A DNA stretch of 64,000 nt from Alphaproteobacteria bacterium. Its GTDB lineage: Bacteria > Pseudomonadota > Alphaproteobacteria > CALKHQ01. Under the pieces are notes generated by a model. It worked only from the letters and a program-made list of their open reading frames with translations. It did no database searches and was not told where the DNA came from. The DNA is taken from assembly GCA_965227515.1 (NCBI GenBank), contig CBDDFZ010000001.1:1504001-1568000 (forward strand), in the 5' to 3' direction. A program made the translations under genes and the position numbers. Every line of letters begins with the position of its first letter. Position 1 is the stretch's first letter. This document shows positions 1 to 8,923 of the stretch, in pieces.

Positions 1-1925
1 GAGGTGCCGGCGCCGTGGGCGTTGACGATGGCGGTGACGGTGAGCTGGCCGGCGGCAACCGCGGTCACGGCGGTGGTCTCCGCATTGGCTGTGCCGGGCG
101 CGGCCAGCAGCACGACGTCCCCGACGGCGAAGCCGGCGGTGCTCGCCACCGACAGCACGGTGTCGCCCGCACTGGCGGCCGCGTTGAGCGTGGTCGTGGT
201 CACCGCATTGCCCGGCCAGTCGCCCAGCCCGGTGCGCGCCGGGGCCATGATCGGGTCGACAACGCCGGCGCCCGGCAGGCCGGGCCCGTAGCAGGTATGG
301 CTCGGCGAGACGATGTCGACGGTCATGCCGTAGGGGCTGATGTACGACCGGTTGTCGACCACGGCGGGCAAGTTGTTGGAGTTGCCCTGATGGTCGGCCT
401 GCAGGCTGTTCACCGGGTTGGTCGGGCTGGCATTGATCGACGCCCCGATCGCCAGCGTCTTCTGGTCGAACGCATACGGGTTGAAGGTGTCGAGCAGCGT
501 GTAGCCATAGTTGCCGGTGGCGAACACCATGATCACGCCGCGGCCGTCGCGCGGATAGGTGGTCAAGAAGTCGAACGCGTCCCGCAACGTCTGGGTCGTC
601 GCGTTCGGGAAGCCCGGTCCCCAGGAATTGGAGATGATGTCGGCGCCCTGGGTGAGCTGGGCCGGGAAGCCGGGCAGCGTCGAGCTGGTCGGGAAACCGG
701 CCATCCACACCCAGATGTCCGCGATTTGCAGTTGGGTAGAGAAGGGGGAGAACCCGCCGCCGATCAGCTTGCAATTCGGCGCGACACCGCAATTGCCACC
801 CGTGTTGTCGAAGCGGCCAGTGGCCGATCCTGCGCATTGTGTGCCGTGATCGCCACCGCAGTTCGCCAGCGTCTGGTTGGTCATGGTGACGAAGTCGAAA
901 TTGGCGAACTGCTTGGCCGTACCATCGGACAGTGCCCCGGTCAGGTCGGCATGTGTCGGGTCGACGCCGTCGAGGTCCAGCACCGCCACCACGATGTCGG
1001 GGCTGCCGCCGCGGTTGACCGTGGTGGAGGTCTCGATCGTCTCCCAGGCATCGTCGGCGTTCACCAGCGGCAGGTGCGGGGTCTCGGCATAGAGGTAGTC
1101 GCCCGGGGTGTAGGCGAAGTTCTGCAGTCGCTGGGCGACATTCGGCTCGGCGAAGTCGACAATCGGGTCCTTGTTCAGGTCGGCCACCAGATCCAGCATG
1201 TCGAGTGACGGCCCGCCGTCGCGGCGGAACAGGAAGCCATTGCCCATCCAGGCGATGGCGCGCAACTGCTCCAGGCCGTGGCGCTTGGCCAGCCGCGCGA
1301 TCTCTTCCGGCGTTGCCTCGGGCTTGAACTTGATGACGATCTCGTCGGTCAGCCCGAAGGAGACGTCGTCGCCGACATAGCCCGGCACGGCGACCCGCGC
1401 GCTCAACCCCTGCTCGGCCAGCTCGCTGCTCGCGAGCTGGGCAAGGCGCTGTGCCTCATCCTCCCCACCGCTCAGCTTCACGCTGAACAGCACGTCGTTG
1501 GGCCTGACCTCGCCCTGGGTAGGCATCGGCTTGGCGTCGAACTTGTGCTTCTTCAGCACATCGGTGGCGCGCTCCAGCGCCTCGCGGCCCTGCACATGCA
1601 GCAGCCGCTCGTCGTCGCGGCTGGTAAAGTACCAGTTGCCTTGCGGGCCCACCAGCGCGGGCATGCCGGACGGTGCGACCATCACCGAGACATGGTTGTC
1701 GCCGGCGGCGACCTCGATGTGGCGCTGCTCCTCGGACGTGCCCTTCGGCCCCTGGATGCGCAGATGGCAGGCGCCCGGCTCCAGGGTGCCGACATGGCGC
1801 TGCAGGCCCTGGTCGTAGGACAGTTTTCTGTAACGACGTTCGTCGGTGGATTTGTACTCGACCGATGCCGCTACCGGCTCGCCGGTCTGGTTGTGGACGA
1901 TGACAAAGATTCGCGCATTAGACAT
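1..1925 (-). CDS. S8 (subtilisin-like) serine peptidase, 3' end outside the window
   Basis: Not in the ORF track (no in-window stop). Hand translation from ATG at 1925 (MSNARIFVIVHNQ...) gives subtilase motifs VVAVLDLDGVD (Asp), DHGTQCAG (His), ADIISNSWG and VFATGN (oxyanion Asn). The catalytic Ser motif is not reached before position 1. Confidence 0.88.
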   Translation of the reverse strand, partial: MSNARIFVIVHNQTGEPVAASVEYKSTDERRYRKLSYDQGLQRHVGTLEPGACHLRIQGPKGTSEEQRHIEVAAGDNHVSVMVAPSGMPALVGPQGNWYFTSRDDERLLHVQGREALERATDVLKKHKFDAKPMPTQGEVRPNDVLFSVKLSGGEDEAQRLAQLASSELAEQGLSARVAVPGYVGDDVSFGLTDEIVIKFKPEATPEEIARLAKRHGLEQLRAIAWMGNGFLFRRDGGPSLDMLDLVADLNKDPIVDFAEPNVAQRLQNFAYTPGDYLYAETPHLPLVNADDAWETIETSTTVNRGGSPDIVVAVLDLDGVDPTHADLTGALSDGTAKQFANFDFVTMTNQTLANCGGDHGTQCAGSATGRFDNTGGNCGVAPNCKLIGGGFSPFSTQLQIADIWVWMAGFPTSSTLPGFPAQLTQGADIISNSWGPGFPNATTQTLRDAFDFLTTYPRDGRGVIMVFATGNYGYTLLDTFNPYAFDQKTLAIGASINASPTNPVNSLQADHQGNSNNLPAVVDNRSYISPYGMTVDIVSPSHTCYGPGLPGAGVVDPIMAPARTGLGDWPGNAVTTTTLNAAASAGDTVLSVASTAGFAVGDVVLLAAPGTANAETTAVTAVAAGQLTVTAIVNAHGAGT

Positions 1926-2170
1926 TGTAAAATCTCCAATCTAAAAATCATTGCAAATATTAGTGCCCATCATCCTACGCCGACGTCTTGGCGTTGTCAT
2001 TACAGTTCGATTTCAGTTTTTTAATTATGTTTCGAGCATCACGGGCACGGCTGCACGCACAACATGATGTGTCTTAATACACGTCCGCACGCTATTGGCG
2101 TGATTGGCAAAAACGGGAATGTGGCCCCGGTTCCCATTCAGCCTGCATCATAGCGACGAGTGTGTCGCGA

Positions 2171-2548
2171 TTAGGTCGGGATCAGGCCCATTTCGCGTTG
2201 CAGCTTTTTCGGCAGGCCGCTGGCAACGATGCGATGGGATTCGGCCAGGTAGAGGCGCAGGTCGTCGTCGCTGAGGCCAGGCGCGTCGTAGTGCTGGATC
2301 CATTTCATGCCGCGTGACGCCAGATAGGGCGCGGGTCGCAGGCCGGGCTGCTCCTGCAGCATCTCGAACGCGATGTCGGAGACCTTGAACGTGATGTGCG
2401 GCTCGGCGCCTTTGCTCCAGCCACCGATGGCGAAGACCTTGTTGCGGTCCGGCGTGCCGACCTTCCACACGTGTGCGCCGCCCCACTGGATCACCCGGAA
2501 CGTCGCCGTCAGCCCGCTGCAGAAGGCGTCGTACTCGTCATAGGTCAA
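2171..2548 (-). CDS. MmcQ/YjbR family protein
   Basis: QWGGAHVWKVG..KVFAI and LRPAPYLASRGMKWI motifs; 125 aa. Confidence 0.85.
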   Translation of the reverse strand: MTYDEYDAFCSGLTATFRVIQWGGAHVWKVGTPDRNKVFAIGGWSKGAEPHITFKVSDIAFEMLQEQPGLRPAPYLASRGMKWIQHYDAPGLSDDDLRLYLAESHRIVASGLPKKLQREMGLIPT

Positions 2549-2592
2549 GGGCTTCTCCCCGCAAGGCCGACCAATGACGAGGCGAACGGAGT

Positions 2593-3159
2593 CTACTCCG
2601 GAACCCTCAGCCCTGGCTCTCGGGTCATGAAGATGGACCGCAACGGTGGAATGCCAATCACCGCGTCGCCTGCTGCGTTGAAGTACTCGATCTCATAGCC
2701 GTCGCCCGCTCGAAAATAGGCCTGGCATACCATTCCGAACATCTGGGCCATTTCCATCATTTGACCTTCCAACGTGGACATCAGGACCTCGTCCATGGGC
2801 TCGGCCGAATAGAGTTCGAACGAGATATCGGTCGCGTCGCTGCAGGCGAGGCCATTCTCGATCGTCCCGCGATCAACCAGCATGCCGATCAACTCGGGCG
2901 ACTCGTTGATCAGGAAACTGGCCGTTGCCACATAGGTGTCGCCGGCGACTAGGGTTCGGGCGAGCATGTCGCAGGTATCCGAGTTGACATCGTAGTTGGT
3001 GCATTCCAACGCGTTGTCACCGGCGGTCTGGATGACCTCGACCACCGGGACGAATTCGCGTTCGGCCTGGGCATCCTCCAGGTCGCTGGCGTTGGCTGCT
3101 CCGCCGGTCAGTAGGAGTGACAGGCCGATCGTCGAGAGTAGGCGCGCAAGTTTCGGCAT
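2593..3159 (-). CDS. hypothetical secreted protein
   Basis: Start at MPKLARLL gives a Sec-type signal peptide ending in ANA; acidic mature region with 4 Cys. Confidence 0.65.
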   Translation of the reverse strand: MPKLARLLSTIGLSLLLTGGAANASDLEDAQAEREFVPVVEVIQTAGDNALECTNYDVNSDTCDMLARTLVAGDTYVATASFLINESPELIGMLVDRGTIENGLACSDATDISFELYSAEPMDEVLMSTLEGQMMEMAQMFGMVCQAYFRAGDGYEIEYFNAAGDAVIGIPPLRSIFMTREPGLRVPE

Positions 3160-3355
3160 GGGGGCGGGCTCCTGGCGAGAGGGTGGCGGGCCGAATAGGC
3201 ACCAATTGTAGGGGGGCCGCCGCATCGCGTCCACGTGCGCTGCCACCGCCCCCTTTCGCAACCGCAGCAACCGATGGTAAAGGTCGGGTGGCCGCCGGGT
3301 CCGGTGGCCGTGCATCCCGGGGTCTCCCCGGGGCCTGCCTGGAGCCTGCCTGCAC

Positions 3356-3865
3356 TTGCCGAAGCCCATCGTCCTCTATGTCCGCGTCATCGACCGCATC
3401 AACCGCTGGTTCGGGCTGCTGGCGATGTACCTGATCTTCGCGATGATCGCGGTGCTGTTCTATTCCTCGATCACCAAGGTCTTCTTCACCCAGCCGCTGT
3501 GGTACCTGGAGATCGCCCAGTTCCTGATGGTGGCCTATTTCCTGCTGGGCGGCGGCTATGCGCTGCAGAAGGATGCGCACGTACGCATGGACCTGGCCTA
3601 TGCCCGCTGGTCGCCGCGCACCAAGGCGGCGGTCGACGCCGTCATGGTCCTGCTGCTGCTGTTCTATCTGGTGATGCTGGCCTGGGGCGCCTATGGCAGC
3701 ACCGAGTACGCGCTGCTCTACGGCGAGACCTCCAACTCCGCCTGGCGGCCGAAGATGTGGCCGGTGAAGCTGGTGATGTGCCTGGGCATCGTGCTGGTCA
3801 TCCTGCAGACCGTCGCCCTGTTCTTCCGCGACCTGGGCACGGCCATCGGCCGCCCCATCGACTGA
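3356..3865 (+). CDS. dctQ: TRAP transporter small permease
   Basis: 4 TM segments, HVRMD motif, first gene of the TRAP cluster; TTG start. Confidence 0.9.
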   Translation: MPKPIVLYVRVIDRINRWFGLLAMYLIFAMIAVLFYSSITKVFFTQPLWYLEIAQFLMVAYFLLGGGYALQKDAHVRMDLAYARWSPRTKAAVDAVMVLLLLFYLVMLAWGAYGSTEYALLYGETSNSAWRPKMWPVKLVMCLGIVLVILQTVALFFRDLGTAIGRPID

Positions 3866-3887
3866 CGCTGCCAAGGCTTCCGACAGC

Positions 3888-5213
3888 ATGATCGACCAGT
3901 TTGCCGCCCTGCTGATGTTCGCGACCATGCTGGTCCTGTTGCTGACCGGCAAGCGCGTGTTCGGGGCCATCGGCTTCGTCGGTGTGGCTGCGGCGCTGTT
4001 CCTGCGCGACCGCCCGGACGTCGATGCCGCGTTCTCCGCCACCATGAAGTTGATGGACTGGTACCCGCTGCTGACGCTGCCGCTGTTCATCTACATGGGC
4101 TTCGTGCTGGCCGAAAGTGGGGTCGCGGACGACCTCTACCGCATGTTCCACGTCCTGTTCGGCGGGCTGAAGGGCGGGCTGGCGGTCGGCACCATCCTGC
4201 TGATGGTGGTGATCTCGGCGATGAACGGGCTGTCGGTCGCCGGCATGGCCATCGGCGCCACCATCGCACTGCCCGAGCTGCTGAAGCGCGGCTACGACAA
4301 GATCATGGTCACCGGCGTCATCCAGGCGGGCAGTTCGCTCGGAATCCTGGTGCCGCCCAGCGTGGTGCTGGTGCTCTATGCCATGATTGCGCGGGTCTCC
4401 GTCCTCGACCTGTGGCTGGCCGGGGCGACGCCAGGCCTGATGATGGCGGCCCTGTTCATCGTCTACATCGTCATCCGCTGCCAGCTTCAGCCCAACTTGG
4501 GCCCGCCGCTGAGCGAAGAACGCCGCGAGGCGCTGAGCGGGCGCGACAAGTTCCAGATGGTGCTGTCGGGGGCAGCCCCCTTCTTCATCTTCGTGCTGAT
4601 GATCGTGCCGTTCGTGTCAGGCGTCACCAGCCTGGTCGAAAGCTCCGGCGTCGGCGCGGTGGCCTCGACGTTGGTCGCGCTCGCCAAGCGGCGGCTGACC
4701 TTCAAGATCATGCACGTCACCGTCGAGAAGACGCTGAACATCAGCTGCATGTTCATGTGGATCATCATGGCCGCACTCTGCTTCAGCGCGGTGTTCGATG
4801 CCATCGGTGCGGTCGACGTGGTGGACGCCCTGTTCCGCCAGAACCTGGAGATGTCGCCCTGGACCATCCTGATCCTGATGCAGCTCACCTATCTGGTCAT
4901 GGGCATGTTCCTGGACGACACCGCCATGCTGGTGATCGTCGCCCCGCTCTATGTGCCGCTGGTCCAGCTGCTGGGCTTTGATCCGATCTGGTACGGCGTG
5001 CTTTACACCATCACCTGCCAGGTCGCGTATATGACGCCGCCGTTCGGATACAACCTGTTCCTGATGCGCGCGATGGCGCCGCCGGAGATCTCGCTCGGCG
5101 ACATCTACCGCTCCATCGTGCCGTTCGTGGCGGTGATGATCCTGGGGCTGGCGCTGGTGATGGCGTTCCCCGACATCGCCATGTGGCTGCCGGATTCGCT
5201 GAATAGTGAGTAG
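3888..5213 (+). CDS. dctM: TRAP transporter large permease
   Basis: LLTLPLFIYMG, GILVPPS and YMTPPFGYNLF motifs; about 12 TM segments. Confidence 0.93.
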   Translation: MIDQFAALLMFATMLVLLLTGKRVFGAIGFVGVAAALFLRDRPDVDAAFSATMKLMDWYPLLTLPLFIYMGFVLAESGVADDLYRMFHVLFGGLKGGLAVGTILLMVVISAMNGLSVAGMAIGATIALPELLKRGYDKIMVTGVIQAGSSLGILVPPSVVLVLYAMIARVSVLDLWLAGATPGLMMAALFIVYIVIRCQLQPNLGPPLSEERREALSGRDKFQMVLSGAAPFFIFVLMIVPFVSGVTSLVESSGVGAVASTLVALAKRRLTFKIMHVTVEKTLNISCMFMWIIMAALCFSAVFDAIGAVDVVDALFRQNLEMSPWTILILMQLTYLVMGMFLDDTAMLVIVAPLYVPLVQLLGFDPIWYGVLYTITCQVAYMTPPFGYNLFLMRAMAPPEISLGDIYRSIVPFVAVMILGLALVMAFPDIAMWLPDSLNSE

Positions 5214-5329
5214 GTGCTGCCGAGCCGGGGCCAGCGGGGGCTCGATCTTTGCAGGTGCGAGAAGTCGGCTATGGCGCGGATGCGCCGGCCACGTCACAAT
5301 GACCCGATAATCAAGAGGGAGAAGTTCAC

Positions 5330-6400
5330 ATGACCAAGCAGACCAAGCAGCCGCAACGCCGGCGATTTCTGAAGAACGCCGGTGTCGCGACCGCGGCCGG
5401 CGTCGGTGCGGCCACCATCGGTGCGCCCTACGTCAAGGCGCAGTCGGCGCCGATCAAGTGGCGGTTGCAGACCTATGCCGGCCCGGCGCTGGCCGAGCAC
5501 GTGATCAAGCCGTCCATCGACAGCTTCAACAAGATCGCCAATGGCGAGATGGAGATCGAGCTCTTCTTCGCCGACCAGTTGGTGCCGACCAGCGAGCTGT
5601 TCCGCGCTGTGCAGTCGGGCACGATCGACGCGGTGCAGTCCGACGACGACTCCATGGCGGCCCCGGTCGACATCGCCGTGTTCGGCGGCTACTTCCCGTT
5701 CGCCACCCGCTACAGCCTGGACGTGCCGGTGCTGTTCCACCAGTACGGCCTGGGCGAGATCTGGGACGAGGCGTACAGCGAAGTCGGCGTCAAGTGGCTC
5801 AGCGCTGGCGCCTGGGACCCGTGCCACTTCAACACCGTCGACCCGATCCGCACCCTTTCGGACCTGGAAGGTAAGCGCGTCTTCACCTTTCCCACCGCCG
5901 GCCGCTTCCTGTCGCAGTTCGGCGTGGTGCCGGTGACCCTGCCGTGGGAAGACATCGAGATCGCGGTGCAGACCGGCGAGCTCGACGGCATCGCGTGGTC
6001 CGGCATCACCGAGGACTACACCGTCGGCTGGGCTGACGTGACCAACTACTTCCTCACCAACAACATCTCCGGTGCGTGGTGCGGCTCGTACTTCGCCAAC
6101 GAGGAGCGCTGGGCGGAGCTGCCCGAGCACCTGCAGGAGCTGTTCAAGGTGTGCATGGACAGCTCGCACTACTATCGCCAGCACTGGTATTGGGGCGGCG
6201 AGGCGCATCTGCGCACCCAGGGCACCAAGCTGGAGCTGACCTCGATTCCGGACAGCGAGTGGGCCGAGGTCGAGGCCGCGGCCGGCGCGTTCTGGGACGA
6301 GATCGCCGAGATCAGCGAGCGCACCGCGCGGGTGATCGACATCTATAAGCAGTACAACGCGGTGATGGCGTCGGCCGGCCGTCCGTACCGCTATACCTGA
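5330..6400 (+). CDS. dctP: TRAP transporter substrate-binding protein with Tat signal
   Basis: RRRFLK twin-arginine leader, WRLQTY, AVQSGTIDA and QTGELDG motifs; SD-like GAGGGAG upstream. Confidence 0.92.
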   Translation: MTKQTKQPQRRRFLKNAGVATAAGVGAATIGAPYVKAQSAPIKWRLQTYAGPALAEHVIKPSIDSFNKIANGEMEIELFFADQLVPTSELFRAVQSGTIDAVQSDDDSMAAPVDIAVFGGYFPFATRYSLDVPVLFHQYGLGEIWDEAYSEVGVKWLSAGAWDPCHFNTVDPIRTLSDLEGKRVFTFPTAGRFLSQFGVVPVTLPWEDIEIAVQTGELDGIAWSGITEDYTVGWADVTNYFLTNNISGAWCGSYFANEERWAELPEHLQELFKVCMDSSHYYRQHWYWGGEAHLRTQGTKLELTSIPDSEWAEVEAAAGAFWDEIAEISERTARVIDIYKQYNAVMASAGRPYRYT

Positions 6401-6413
6401 TCGGTGACATTGG

Positions 6414-6449
6414 GGCCGGGCTGCCACCGTGCGGCCCGGCCAAACTTTC
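6414..6449 (+). terminator. possible intrinsic terminator after dctP
   Basis: GGCCGGGCTGC/GCGGCCCGGCC hairpin 13 nt after the stop; weak T tail. Confidence 0.45.
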
Positions 6450-6517
6450 CGCTTGTTTGGGGTGTCGCATCAAGTGACACCCAGTTGTCGTTTCACTGCA
6501 GCCGCACTTCGCACTCT

Positions 6518-8716
6518 TTAGCTAAAGTCGAAATCACTTTGGCTCAGATCGTTTGCGTCATAGTCGACGAGCGTGATGGTGAATCCTGGCGCATACTCAA
6601 TCAAAACATCAGTGCCGACCTGAGAGATGGTCAAGTCGGAAAAATCTGCCGCGTAGTTCTCTATGACAATCATATCCTGACTAGAATAATCAAGGATCGT
6701 GTCAGCCTGCGGGTCATACTCAAAGGCTGTTGCGAACACGAAGTCGTCGGCACCCGCTCCACCGACCAGAATGTCGTCGTCAGCGCCACCAATGATTGTA
6801 TCGGACCCCGCCCCGCCATTGATTTGGTCGGCACCGAAACCGCCATCGAGGATATCGGCCCCGCGACCGCCATCGATGTAGTCACTTCCCGCGTCACCGC
6901 TGATGATATCGGCCCCGCGACCACCATCGATCAGGTCATTGCCGTTGCCGCCTTGAATGGCGTCGCTGCCGCGCCCGCCGGAGATGATATCAGCGCCGCC
7001 ACCGCCGTAGATCACATCGTCGCCACGGCCACCGCTCAGCATATCGTCGCCATAGCCGCCGATTATGACGTCGCTGCCCCTGCCGCCGTCGAGTATGTCG
7101 TCGCCATCGCCGCCAACCAGGGTATCGCTGCCATTGCCGGCATCGATCACAATCGGTGGTTCACCGCTAAAGTCGCCCAGGCCCAATATGAGGTCGGTGG
7201 GATCGAACCACGTGATGTCCTGCGCATCATGGTCGATGAGGTTGGAAACGACCTGGCCATCAACGACCTCTTGCCAATAGTACTGCCCAGCCGAATATGA
7301 CACCGTGTGCGAGGACCCCTCGCAAATGAAGGTATCGACATATGCAATTTCGGCAACCGCAAGCTGCCAATTGCCCTCAAAAACCTCAAAATGCAGATGC
7401 GGGGTGCCCGCCGCGCCTGTTTCGCCGACTTCGCCAATCTTCACATCGGTGCCATCTACAATGGCCCCAGCGACGATACCCGGCTCAATGGAGTCCAAAT
7501 GGGCATAGAGCGAATAGATCAGGCGGTCGTCTGCGAGCAGATGTTCGATGACAACCAGATTTCCAAACGCGGTGTCGAAATTCAGCGCCGGTCCGTAGTG
7601 CGGTCCGGCATAAACAACCTTACCGTTCGAAGCCGCGAAAACCGATTGACCGAGATCGTCATAAGGATCATTCGCATCATAGGGGGCTGCGTTGAAATTC
7701 CAGTCTTCACCGAGATGAAAGGCATCATTGAGTGGCGCACCGAGATCGGAAAATACGTACCAGCCGTCCTCGTCGTATTGATCTTCAGTTGCCAGGACGC
7801 CATCGCGCTCGCCAACCGGCAAAGCAAAACCGGTGCTTAGCGGCGTTTCGGGCTCAAAAGTGTACTGTGCGGTGACTGTGTAAATATCAATTGTATTACC
7901 AGGGCCAATTATTTGGCCAACCAGGGTGATTTCGTCGCCATCGACGATAATATCGTGCGCGTAGTCGGTGTAGCCAGAGGGAAGCTCAATCGTCTGGGTC
8001 AGATCGAAATTCAATCCATCTATCGAAGTGGCAATATACTCCGCACCATCGAATGACACAACGCCAATGATTTTGCCGCCAACCACGGTGGCCGAGTGCA
8101 GGCCGGACCCAGCCGCGTCATTGAATTCTACAAGTTGGTCATCGTAGAATTCAATGCCGTCGTCCGACACCGCGCGATACAATACGCTGGGTGCGTTGTT
8201 GTTCTGGTCATAATAATACGCAATGTATTGATCATCCAGTTTGACAACCTCAACAATCGAAGCGCCTTCGCGCGGCCCGTCCTGTACGCGAATCGGTTCT
8301 TGGACGATCGACCAATTCACGCCATCCGTCGAGGTCGCATAGCCAAACCCATATGTATTGCCTGGATCGGTCGACAAGTTGGTGTCACGGCCATGGAACC
8401 ACATCTTGAACTCACCGTCTTCATACATGACGGTTTCTGGGTAGATTCGAAAAGAGGCCCAAGCTGGTGCATCGGTTCGGTCGATCACGGGATCATCAGA
8501 GACCCGCGTATAGTTGACGCCATCTGTCGATGTGGCGAGCCCAATACTGTGAAAATTGTTACCGTTCAGGCCCGCGTAATATAGATATTGTGTACCGTCC
8601 ACCTCCACAAGCGTGGGGTAGCGCACCTGCTGCCCGTCGAATCCGGTGCCGTCATTCGCCAGGATCTGCGTCAATCCAGAGAAGATAATGTTATCAAGCG
8701 ACATTTTCGCCCCCAT
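6518..8716 (-). CDS. secreted RTX protein: glycosidase-like beta-propeller + M23 peptidase + RTX Ca-binding repeats
   Basis: N-terminal repeats YLYYAG..IGLATSTDGVNY, FKMWF..GYATSTDGVNWS and YRAVSDDGIEF; M23 motifs HLGED, YAHL and PHLHFE; 15 tandem GGxGxDxxx nonapeptides; C-terminus LSQSDFDFS typical of type I secretion substrates; lower GC than the flanks. Confidence 0.85.
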   Translation of the reverse strand: MGAKMSLDNIIFSGLTQILANDGTGFDGQQVRYPTLVEVDGTQYLYYAGLNGNNFHSIGLATSTDGVNYTRVSDDPVIDRTDAPAWASFRIYPETVMYEDGEFKMWFHGRDTNLSTDPGNTYGFGYATSTDGVNWSIVQEPIRVQDGPREGASIVEVVKLDDQYIAYYYDQNNNAPSVLYRAVSDDGIEFYDDQLVEFNDAAGSGLHSATVVGGKIIGVVSFDGAEYIATSIDGLNFDLTQTIELPSGYTDYAHDIIVDGDEITLVGQIIGPGNTIDIYTVTAQYTFEPETPLSTGFALPVGERDGVLATEDQYDEDGWYVFSDLGAPLNDAFHLGEDWNFNAAPYDANDPYDDLGQSVFAASNGKVVYAGPHYGPALNFDTAFGNLVVIEHLLADDRLIYSLYAHLDSIEPGIVAGAIVDGTDVKIGEVGETGAAGTPHLHFEVFEGNWQLAVAEIAYVDTFICEGSSHTVSYSAGQYYWQEVVDGQVVSNLIDHDAQDITWFDPTDLILGLGDFSGEPPIVIDAGNGSDTLVGGDGDDILDGGRGSDVIIGGYGDDMLSGGRGDDVIYGGGGADIISGGRGSDAIQGGNGNDLIDGGRGADIISGDAGSDYIDGGRGADILDGGFGADQINGGAGSDTIIGGADDDILVGGAGADDFVFATAFEYDPQADTILDYSSQDMIVIENYAADFSDLTISQVGTDVLIEYAPGFTITLVDYDANDLSQSDFDFS
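6737..7141 (-). repeat. 27-bp tandem coding repeats (RTX nonapeptides, 15 copies)
   Basis: AGNGSDTLV-GGDGDDILD-GGRGSDVII ... GGAGADDFV counted in the translation; boundaries approximate. Confidence 0.85.
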
Positions 8717-8850
8717 AGGTATATAAAATCAGCCTGTTTGGGGTTAGGATAGTTGTGGAAATTATGATGTGTCAATCTAATAGTCGTAGAAAATGACTTA
8801 GATTCTAACATGACAGGCAAATTGATTGTGAGTCGGTTCTCTATAGCGGA

Positions 8851-8890
8851 AAAAAGTAACCCGGCGGGTCAAACCGCCGGGTTCTTTATT
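8851..8890. terminator. intrinsic terminator, likely bidirectional
   Basis: AACCCGGCGG-GTCAAA-CCGCCGGGTT hairpin flanked by an A-run and a T-rich tail, downstream of the 8924..10282 gene. Confidence 0.75.
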
Positions 8891-8923
8891 CGCCGCTGTT
8901 TCTGCGGGGCTGGAATGCGGCCG

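Noticed and set aside
4-2024. Plus-strand ORFs 15..1208, 1278..2024 and similar
   Set aside because: They are antisense shadows of the minus-strand subtilase, which carries clear catalytic motifs.
6737-7141. Periodic 27-bp repeats as a CRISPR array
   Set aside because: They are degenerate coding nonapeptide repeats with no unique spacers, and there are no cas genes.
6404-7840. Plus-strand ORFs with repetitive V/A/I/D sequence
   Set aside because: They are the antisense reading of the RTX repeats and M23 domain.
6518-8716. RTX protein as the LapG substrate
   Set aside because: It is small, starts directly with an enzyme-like domain, shows no evident N-terminal retention module or di-alanine site, and lies about 53 kb away.
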